A stretch of 61,736 nucleotides of DNA, filler included, from Globobulimina sp. (lineage: Eukaryota): NCBI GenBank assembly GCA_003354225.1. It is 18 parts of 18 records of this genome, joined end to end, with 100 filler letters (N's around TTAATTAATTAA, not from the genome) between each part and the next. Parts side by side here need not be neighbours in the genome. Positions count along the whole stretch, not along the records: positions 24,065 to 27,400 come from PIVH01003043.1; positions 27,501 to 30,836 come from PIVH01003044.1; positions 30,937 to 34,271 come from PIVH01003045.1; positions 34,372 to 37,706 come from PIVH01003046.1; 14 more parts are not named here. One strand, given 5' to 3'. The stretch's first letter is position 1; the number at the start of each line of letters is the position of its first letter. Shown here piece after piece: positions 25,982 through 34,688 of this stretch. The notes below the pieces were generated by a model. That model worked only from the letters and a program-made list of their open reading frames with translations. It was not told the origin of the DNA and searched no databases. Both the position numbers and the translations under genes were made by a program.

Positions 25982-27092
25982 TTATTGATCCATGATTGGA
26001 TAACAACCTCTCAGTGCCTTTAAATCAAATTGCCACCAATGCGATGATGGTAATTGTGTTGGGTCAGCACACTCTCTCACCATAATGCCATAAACTACAT
26101 ATTGATCCAAATTAGGTTCTTCCAAATACCATTCCATTGCCGTCATTTGAGTTTGTTTATCAAAATTTGGATCAATAATAACACTGCCATCTGCATGACC
26201 CGACGTGCTTCCCTTCTTTCTCATTATTGTTGGATCCGAATTAATTCGGCATTGAAAAACAGTCTGAATATATTTACCATTCCTCAATTTCTTTGGCATC
26301 GCATATCGCGGAAATGCTGAAAATTCAATAGAAGGACTGAAAAATCGCTGTTTTGTGTCTTGTGTTCCAAATATTCCATGCGACATTATGCTGCCCATAT
26401 AATATGTTTCCGAGCCATGATAACAAACACTGAAACCGGTATATTTATCATTAAAATTATCGACTCTGATTCCATATCGCTTCCATCCAACCGGGCAATA
26501 ATATGGATATCCACCACGATCAATCGCGTCATTAATAGCTCCTTTCCAATAAGTTTTCCCTTCACCATATTCTTTATCCCATTTCGGATCCATAACAATT
26601 TTATGCGCTTCTTTATCTGCATCATCTTTCAAAAAATCTCCATCCAAAACACTTTTACTTTTGTCGGTAGTAAACTGACACACAATAATGGCCACGCACT
26701 TGCTTGCCAAGTATAAACATCATTAATTGGAATGCATTCGAGGGTGTATGTCCAGTTCTTGTTACGTAGGTTTGCCAGATTTCTGTATCTAACATTGTCA
26801 TCAATGTGGTTTTGTTATCTTTAGTCTCAGGAACATCCATAGGTTTTGGTTCATGTTTTGGTTTCTGTTGAATTATTGCAGGTTGAACAGCAATAATGAC
26901 AGTGTTAACATTTTTTTTTGAGACTTCTGTGGAAGATGCAACATAATCAGATGGTGGTTTCTTCATAAACTCTCTCGCATCTTTATACGATAGCTTTTGC
27001 CTTTTCTGTTTGGCAAAAGTCATCAAATGCTTGATTTGTTTCGGTGCATAGCCTTTCTCTTCCACGTATTGAAAATAAATGTTTTCAGCCAT
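25982..27092 (-). CDS. NEURL4-type ADP-ribosyltransferase-fold protein with N-terminal repeated helical module
   Basis: RGGYPYYCPVGWKRYG, CYHGS, FFSPSIEFS, FQCRI, EWY and VYGIMVR are the ordered motifs of the NEURL4 C-terminal ART-like domain. The join to ORF 26655-27092 is uncertain (candidate 25-nt intron 26675-26699). Confidence 0.7.
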
Positions 27093-27163
27093 GGTGTTAA
27101 AGATGTTTTAACGACGTTTTATATAATACTTTAAATGAAAAACAGAATAAGAACAAGAAACAA

Positions 27164-27400
27164 TTAAGTCTTTTTTTTCATGGTGTTAATAAATTTACAA
27201 AATGGTTGAAATGCTTTTTGAAACGAATTACATTTAATATATGATTGTTTGATCCAATCCGGTATAGATTCATAAATATTTTGCCTTTCAGCGTATCTAT
27301 AATCCATCAATAATATAGCACCATAATCAAATTTGTGCCGAATCGCTCTCCCAATCGATTGGTTCACTGCTCGCATACAAAGATTTTGATAATATACTTT
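27164..27400 (-). CDS. DDX11: DDX11/Chl1 (XPD-family) helicase C-terminus, 5' partial
   Basis: YYQNLCMRAVNQSIGRAIRHKFDYGAILLMDYRY...IPDWI. Confidence 0.85.
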   Translation of the reverse strand, partial: KVYYQNLCMRAVNQSIGRAIRHKFDYGAILLMDYRYAERQNIYESIPDWIKQSYIKCNSFQKAFQPFCKFINTMKKKT

Positions 27401-27759
27401 NNNNNNNNNNNNNNNNNNNNNNNNNNNNNNNNNNNNNNNNNNNNTTAATTAATTAANNNNNNNNNNNNNNNNNNNNNNNNNNNNNNNNNNNNNNNNNNNN
27501 CCTTTTATTTTTTATTTTTTTATGGATAGATTGTGTTTTACAGTTTAAACTTAAATTGATTTTTAAAGTTTTAAAAAAAAAAAAAAAAAAAAAAACGTTT
27601 TAATGGATCGCAAATTCGCAATAGTATTATACATGCACGTTTATTGTCATCGTGCAGTGGAATTATAAATTAATAACGCTCAAACTTTCTTTATTTCATC
27701 TGCATCACGAAGACACAAAATTGTTTATTTATTAATAAAAATTTAAAACAATAGGATAT

Positions 27760-28600
27760 TTACACAACATCGCTCAATCGCTCAATAATGAGAGCACAAT
27801 CTTGTTCTGTGTTTCCTTTTCTATTTTCAATCCAGCATTTGATTTTATCTCCTTTTTGTAATACTTGAATGTCAGTTATTTCTCCATGAGCATTTCCACC
27901 ATAATTGCCTTGTCGAGCAACTGAATTACCATTTACATGTAATATATCCCATCGGTTTGAATTTTTACTGCTGTCATCTATTGATGTATATCTAAATGTA
28001 ATTCTATACAATCCAGCAATTCCAATTACTGCTTCTTTATTATTATTTTCAAATAATGGTACCATACCATTTAATGTTGGTTTTATTTTAACTACATTCC
28101 ATGGAACATAACCACCATCATTTTGTGTCGAGGCCCATTTCCCAATACTTACTCTTGGCATTTTTTGTTCTAATTCTTCAACTTTTAATTGTAAATCTTG
28201 AATAACATCACGAAGTATTTCAACTTCATCTCGTTTTTGTTCCAACAATGGAAATGTACAGTATATCGATTTTTATTCCACTCCAATGTTTGTTTAATAA
28301 TAAAACAAAGACAATCACCTTTTGAATATTCGGTATGTATATTTTTTGGATTTATTTTATTTATATATTCGGTATTAAGATAACAAATTTCTAATATCAT
28401 TGCAATAATTTGACCAATCGGTTGGAACAATTGCATCGATTGTAATGTTGAATTGGAAAATGTTTGACAAAATACACGTTTTGTTTTCTTGTTCTAGAAA
28501 TATATAATGAATCTTCTACTGGTCTAAGCACAACATTTATATCCTTTAAATCCATTTTTATTTCAGCAGTTAAGCCTTCCTTCTCTTCCTGTTGTGCCAT
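27760..28600 (-). pseudogene. Coiled-coil + C1q/TNF-like domain gene broken by two frameshifts (pseudogene or assembly errors)
   Basis: Three overlapping frames (28397-28606, 28185-28436, 27760-28248) read as one protein. The C-terminal VPWN...GLYRITF...LHVNG...VLQKGDKI...LIIERL is C1q-like. Confidence 0.5.
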
Positions 28601-28673
28601 GAGCACTATTGAGCAGCAACGTGTAGTGTCTGTGAAAATGTTGCAATTATTGAACTAAAAAAAAACAGTCTTA

Positions 28674-29551
28674 TCAAAATGTTAAGAATCGTAGTTTGGG
28701 AAACCATTTCAATGCGTTTGATGTGCCATCCTCCTCAAACAATCCTTGAGCATAATATGTACTTTGTTTACTTAATAATTTGGATTTGTTTAACAATCTC
28801 CAATTAACACATTTTAGTTTTTCATCAATAGCAAATCCATTTTTATTCAGAGATTTCAAATTGACATAATCGTTTCCGTTACAATAGAATCCGTCCGATA
28901 TAATAAATCCTAACTTATAAATTGTATTTTTTGCTGATAATTGCAAACCACCATTATTCAATTTATTTATCTCCGTAAATATCATTTGCGATTTATTGTA
29001 TACACTCCGTTCATTTTGTTTTTTGGGGGCAAATGTTTGAATTTTTTGTCGAACATCGCATGGAATTAATTTAAAGTGAAATGTATTTTTATATACTGAT
29101 TTATTGCTATTCTTGGATTTATTTTTAGTTTTTTTGTATTGTGACAATACTGCATAACATTGAACACCGCCAAAGAATAAATCTAATTCAATACCACATA
29201 TTGTAATATTATTTTGTAATTTAAATTCCATCCCAACACATTTTTTATAATTCCATTCCAACAGATCAGATTTTGATTGATGTGGTTATTGGATTTGGAT
29301 ATTTTCCTTGGAGATAATAATACAGTCCGTAATTTAAAGTGTAACTTGTTATTATTTGCATCTTTAAACAGCTGTTTTGTGATAATGAAACTCAATATTA
29401 GTTGAGCAATAACATCAGGCAATATTGAGTGTTGAATGGACTTTGTTAGCAGAGAAACAATCTGTTGCTTTGCAATTTGATGGTTTAATATTGCTGGATC
29501 TTTAATGTCACACAATTGAGTAGTTTTTTGCCACCAATTATTAGCTGACAT
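28674..29551 (-). CDS. Hypothetical protein with one apparent frameshift near 29270
   Basis: ORF from MSANNWW (ATG 29551) overlaps ORF 28674-29261 in another frame with no obvious intron. Confidence 0.4.
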
Positions 29552-29604
29552 GGTTTCAAATAAAACACTAGTACTACTAGTACTAACAACTTTATGTATG
29601 ATGC

Positions 29605-30363
29605 TTAGAGAGTGTACGTTAACAATAAAGTCGGAGGTGTTACTATGAGATGAAAAGTGCATCTATATTCCATATTGTATTGTTGCAATGTCTTTGAATT
29701 TTCCAACTGTCTGCCAGCAAATATTAAGCGTTGATTTTTGATATCTATGCCCTCTTTCTGTTGAATGATTTCTTTTATGTTTAAAACTGTCGAATTTAAT
29801 CCACCCAATTGATGCGAATCGATGATGATTGTTTTTCCGGATAAAGTTTTAATATATAAACATAAGGGAGTTCTACCGAGCATATATTTGATTGTACAGT
29901 TTGGATAAAACATGAATGACTGAGCCATTAATGATTTATTGTAATTCAGTGCTCTTTCATGTTCATCATTTGATGCCAAAATCCATGCTTCGCCTTTTCG
30001 TATAATGCTTCTTGTTGGCAATAAGTGTTTGCATTTACTAAATATGAATGAATTTAGATATATTCCAGAATAGAACGGATAAACTGCAATATTGGAAATT
30101 AATTGTTTGTTGATACATAAATTAATGAAAAATTTACTGTCCAAAGCACCAAAAATGAACGAAATGATGGCCGTTTGAATTTCCTTGGGAACTTGATATG
30201 GTTTCAACTCTTTAGATAGCTGACAAGATAATAATTTGCTTTGTTCAGCTGGTTTATCAGGGAAAATTATTGCATTTTGTTTATTTCCATTTATTTGTTT
30301 TTTGACATTTAAATTGCTTGATATTGATTCTTTTGTTGCAGCAGATGAAAATGCAGAGCCCAT
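29605..30363 (-). CDS. Protein with C-terminal ubiquitin-like domain and possible N-myristoylation site
   Basis: LYIKTLSGKTI...IQQKEGIDIKNQRLIFAGRQLENSKTLQQYN. N-terminus MGSAFS fits MGxxxS. No terminal GG. Confidence 0.8.
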   Translation of the reverse strand: MGSAFSSAATKESISSNLNVKKQINGNKQNAIIFPDKPAEQSKLLSCQLSKELKPYQVPKEIQTAIISFIFGALDSKFFINLCINKQLISNIAVYPFYSGIYLNSFIFSKCKHLLPTRSIIRKGEAWILASNDEHERALNYNKSLMAQSFMFYPNCTIKYMLGRTPLCLYIKTLSGKTIIIDSHQLGGLNSTVLNIKEIIQQKEGIDIKNQRLIFAGRQLENSKTLQQYNMEYRCTFHLIVTPPTLLLTYTL

Positions 30364-30424
30364 TCAGTTATACTATCTAAACCTTAAACTTGTTTAAACT
30401 TGAAATCCCAGTACAGTCCAAACC

Positions 30425-30836
30425 ATGTCTTCTGTTGGCACAGTTATTATTTTATTAGCATGGATTTTGAGCAGCTCGTTATTGTCAACATATGCAAACA
30501 CAGCGTTTCTGAATGAATTTAATGACGCGGCAGGATTAACATTTTTCCGTTTTTGTGGAAGTGCGTTGTTTGGTTTTTTTGCAAATATTATATTTGGCTC
30601 ATTATCAATTATTCAAACAATAAATCACATTCCGACGTTATTAGTACCATCACTATTTTTATTATGTGCAAACTTTTTTAATTCTGTTTCATTAAATTTA
30701 ACCGGAATATCAGTAACATACATTACCAAATCAACCATTCCTGTTTGGACTGCATTAATTACGGTGCTATATTTCAAACAGAAAACAAAATCAAATTTAA
30801 TTTATTTAACATTAATTCCAACCATTATTGGCGTTT
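30425..30836 (+). CDS. TPT/SLC35E-family (DMT superfamily) transporter, 3' partial
   Basis: Multiple TM helices with SLNLTGISVTYITKSTIPVWTALI and YLTLIPTIIGV motifs. Confidence 0.8.
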
Positions 30837-30937
30837 NNNNNNNNNNNNNNNNNNNNNNNNNNNNNNNNNNNNNNNNNNNNTTAATTAATTAANNNNNNNN
30901 NNNNNNNNNNNNNNNNNNNNNNNNNNNNNNNNNNNNA

Positions 30938-32260
30938 GAAACTGTCACAATGTCTAGCTTTGCTCAAAAAGGAGCAATAACAAAGGTATTCCCTATTGTC
31001 CAAGTCGACCTGCAGCTCCAAGACGAAACCTACAAAACAATTGAAGCTACCGTAATTGATGAAATTACAGGTTTGATAAAAGGGCTTGTTTTTGATCTGC
31101 AGAAATACCCAATCTTAAGTGAATTAAAAATGGCAGAGCCTTTGAGACAGAAAGTAGAACCTTTGTCAATAGATTTGTTGATCGGAAATGACAACTATTT
31201 TCGTTTTATGAATCCAGGATCACCAATAAAATTAGAAAAAGGTTTATACCTAGTCGACACAAAGTTCGGCTATATGTTGGCTGGAACAAAATCCAATGAA
31301 ATAATCGATTCTGATCAAGTTGATCAAATAAATTTTATTGCTGTCAAAAGCATAAATCCATTCAAAAATAATACACAAACATCAATTATACAATCTGAGT
31401 CGCAATTGGAAGACAAAGAAAAAACGGTAATAGGTTCAAATAAAGCATGTCCACAAAGGACTAAAATTTACCCAAATTCGGGAACAAATGAGCCTTTATC
31501 CGGTGTTAAAAATGTCGATCTTTTGCACAAAAATGTATGTCAGTTGTATGATGGTGAATGTATTATAAAATCGGACAAAATAGAATCCGATATGGCATTT
31601 GTTAAGCACAAGAAAAAGGATGGGGGAAACAGTTTTCAGGACACCCCAGAAGATATACATCATGAAAAAGTAAGTTTAGTCAAAGAAGGGGAATACAGTT
31701 CTCAGGACACCCCAATAGACAAAGACACAAATGCAATTATTGACAGTAAACACAAAAATGCAACAGGAGATAACGGTTTTCATAAAGGCACTCCTTTTGA
31801 CATGGATACAAATACAAAGATTGACATGGTAGTTGGAATAGAGAAGGGGAATAACGGCGGGCGGACACCCCAGAAGCAATCTCATAAAGTCAAAGTACCC
31901 CTCATTGAAAAACAGTCAAAAAAGTTCGCAGGGGGAGGATTTAACACGAATTTACATAAATCAAGGACCAAGAAAAGGTCATATAATAAACATACAAAAG
32001 TCGGAAGCGTGAAGCGACAAAAACGAAAACAATGGAAATTAGGCAAAATAGTAGAGTTGATCATTAGTGCCGACAATAAATGCCGATCCGTAAAGTTAAG
32101 GCTTCCAAACCATGAAGTAATTAGACGACCTATCAAACTATTAGTGCCATTAGAAGAAACAGAAGAAGAAGATGCCGTATCCAGAGAAGTCGAAAACCAA
32201 TATGATGGACTGGACCACGAAGTTCAATGGCCGAAGAAATCATTGGTGCGGGAGTGTTGA
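30938..32260 (+). CDS. BEL/Pao polyprotein C-terminal part: aspartic peptidase region fused to DUF5641-like tail, no RT/RNase H/integrase
   Basis: Single open frame. No YVDD, DAS or GPF/WGG integrase motifs lie between the two domains. Confidence 0.8.
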   Translation, partial: ETVTMSSFAQKGAITKVFPIVQVDLQLQDETYKTIEATVIDEITGLIKGLVFDLQKYPILSELKMAEPLRQKVEPLSIDLLIGNDNYFRFMNPGSPIKLEKGLYLVDTKFGYMLAGTKSNEIIDSDQVDQINFIAVKSINPFKNNTQTSIIQSESQLEDKEKTVIGSNKACPQRTKIYPNSGTNEPLSGVKNVDLLHKNVCQLYDGECIIKSDKIESDMAFVKHKKKDGGNSFQDTPEDIHHEKVSLVKEGEYSSQDTPIDKDTNAIIDSKHKNATGDNGFHKGTPFDMDTNTKIDMVVGIEKGNNGGRTPQKQSHKVKVPLIEKQSKKFAGGGFNTNLHKSRTKKRSYNKHTKVGSVKRQKRKQWKLGKIVELIISADNKCRSVKLRLPNHEVIRRPIKLLVPLEETEEEDAVSREVENQYDGLDHEVQWPKKSLVREC

Positions 32261-32742
32261 GAATTGCCATGACAAGAATGTGATTTACGATATTTGATCT
32301 TTCTGTAAATATGTGAAACATGTACTAGTTATTATTGTTCCTATGTGTACCGACCGGAAGCGGTCTTGTCTCTCTCCAGTAAAACCTCCCCTTTGTTGTA
32401 CTTGTCTCCTTGTGCCCTCACATCAGACCTTGTCGGTCGCTTTGGTTCAATCCCCACATTGTTGGTGCCTATCGCAACAGAAGAACTAGCGTGTGGTGGC
32501 AATTCAAGAAGTGCTCAATTCAATACAAAGACGATTCAAAAGAAGATCTTGGTGTGTGACAACGAAAAAGCTCAATCATTCACCAGGTAAAACATTATTA
32601 ATTGTATCAGTGTCATATAATAACATTGTTTGTATGTGCACAGTCATTCATTCTGTTTCCGTTCAAGCAAATCTAACTGTTTCTCTATCGTATAAGAAGT
32701 TGTGTTGTGCTAAAAACATCGCACACATACCCAGTTCTTACA
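32255..32742 (+). repeat. Putative LTR (TGT...ACA, about 488 bp)
   Basis: Starts TGTTG right after purine-rich GGTGCGGGAG (32245-32254). Ends TTACA just before GCCCGGCCAGGAG, which resembles a tRNA-Arg PBS. Only one copy is present, so the 3' boundary is inferred. Confidence 0.55.
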
Positions 32743-32918
32743 GCCCGGCCAGGAGAGCGATTGCCAAATAGCATCGACCCGTTTAAGCACCGTATAAATA
32801 GGTTGTAAGTATAAGCACCCTAGCAAAAAACAAGTCTAGTGGTAACACTGGTATTTATTTCATCTTTCAAAAGTTCATTCATATTCCTCTTTTTTTTGAT
32901 CAAAAACAGTCGTAAAAT

Positions 32919-33890
32919 ATGTCTACACATTCCGACGGTGATAGAGACATACATTTTTGGCGTAAAAAACAAAAAGAAAATGAGGAAAGTCTAATAGAAT
33001 TACAAACAGAACTTAATTATATCCGAGCTAAGTTTGATCTCGAGGGCGCTCCTTTCACCCGTGCTGATACCGATTCATTGATTGGTATAATAACAAATGC
33101 ACGAGACCTCGCAGAGGAAGCGAAGGCAGTGAATGAAAGTATTGAATGCGAACTCGATTCTAAAGTAGATCAAACTGAAATCAAACGGTCAGCAGCATTT
33201 CGTAAAGAAGCAAACACAGTTATCGGATTATCAAAAGATGCTTTACAAAAAATTGAGACCGAATTCGAAGCTCGTAAACAGACCCCTATCGTACCTAAAG
33301 TTAATCAAAATGATCAAATGATGCAAGTCTTGTTAAAACATATGGAAAATACTGATAAGAGATCAGAGCAACAAATGCAATATATGCAACAATGTCAGCA
33401 ACAACAAATAAATATGTTGTCGGAGCAAATGAAACTTTTGCGTGAACAGAATGAATGTCAAAAAAGTGAAACACAGTCCAAAAATACAGGAACTATTAAG
33501 GCCATAAAGTTGCCACAAATGATAATCGAAAAGTTTACCGGCAACATATTGCATTGGCAACGATTCTGGGATAGTTTTAATACAGCAATCCATAGTAATG
33601 AGTGTTTGTCAGATATCGATAAATTTAATTATCTCAAAACGTATTTGACCGGAAGCGCGCTCAGAACGTTGGACGGCATTCAAATTAATGCTCAGAATTA
33701 TCAAATAGCCATTGACATTTTAACAAAAGCATACGGTAACAAAGGTATTATTATTTCATCTTACACACGAGAACTTTTGAATTTAAATCAAGTGTCAGAT
33801 AACTTGTCACAATTGCAAGAGTTTTATCATACTGTCGAAGGATACGTTAGAAGTCTAACAGCATTAGGCGATGACGTAGACAAAAGTAGG
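32919..33890 (+). CDS. gag: BEL/Pao Gag (DUF1759), truncated at a chimeric junction
   Basis: IKLPQMIIEKFTGNILHWQRFWDSFNTAIH...LSDIDKFNYLKTYLTGSA...NYQIAIDILTKAYG. Confidence 0.88.
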
Positions 33891-34271
33891 CATGCGCCAC
33901 AAGCCCAGGCAGAACAGCGTAATCGCCAGCGACTGCATGGCCGTTTTGAGTTTGCCGCCCAATTAACTCCGCAAGGCTTACCGAAAGGGGTATTTCGTGT
34001 GCTTTGGCGCGACCTGGCCGGGTTGACTTCATTTTTTCGCGCGGGATTGTCCAAATACCATCTTCGATTTCGTCCCAACGCATCTGTGCAACGTTACCTA
34101 TCCGCTGGCCAGAGAGCATCAGCGCCCGCACAAAAGGTCCAAGCGGGTACTCTTCGGTGAAAGTGGCGTTCCATACCGCTAACCATTCGCCGTTGGTCAA
34201 AACACGGTCACGCGACTGCGGAATGGCCCCGGCTTTTAGACCCAGCCAGGGATTTGAGGAAATTTTTTGTT
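33891..34271 (-). CDS. Bacterial/phage tyrosine integrase fragment
   Basis: SRDRVLTNGEWLAVW...LMLSGQRIGNVAQMRWDEI...WTIPREKMK...HEIPLS (catalytic Arg and Lys region), with an abrupt rise in GC. Confidence 0.85.
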
Positions 34272-34688
34272 NNNNNNNNNNNNNNNNNNNNNNNNNNNNN
34301 NNNNNNNNNNNNNNNTTAATTAATTAANNNNNNNNNNNNNNNNNNNNNNNNNNNNNNNNNNNNNNNNNNNNGCATTTTTGAGAATTGACACCAAAAAAAT
34401 TCTAGATCGTAAAATGTGGGTCACCCATCGCCAAGGGGATTCGGCAAACGCTTGTATGGGATATGCTCTTAAAGACAAATCCAAGTGACTGACTGAAAGT
34501 GTTTTTTGTATCTTTTTGTGTTTTGAATTCTTTCTTTCTTTTTATCTTGAAATAAAAAGAGAATATCGTACTGCAAGGACAGGTAGCATAGAACGATAAG
34601 AATTACTTTGTTTAGCTTAGAATAAGTCAGATATTATTACTACGTACAAACTGTGTGAGATAACTACGGATAATAATTGATTAATAAA

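Larger units (their letters stand above)
30937..33890 (+). mobile_element. BEL/Pao-type LTR retroelement read across one LTR (protease-DUF5641 tail, PPT, LTR, PBS-like site, gag)
   Basis: Protease C-terminal half (IDLLIGND...DTKFGYMLAG), DUF5641-like WKLGKIVEL...RSVKL...RRPIKLLVPLE, ORF ending in the PPT/TGT, then a DUF1759-type Gag. Confidence 0.85.

Noticed and set aside
27573..27595. Long poly-A run as a retroposed tail
   Set aside because: It lies near a contig end in AT-rich intergenic DNA, with no target-site duplication or element body visible.
32919..34271. Gag plus tyrosine recombinase as a DIRS-like element
   Set aside because: The Gag is BEL/Pao type, the integrase is phage type, antisense and truncated, and composition changes abruptly.
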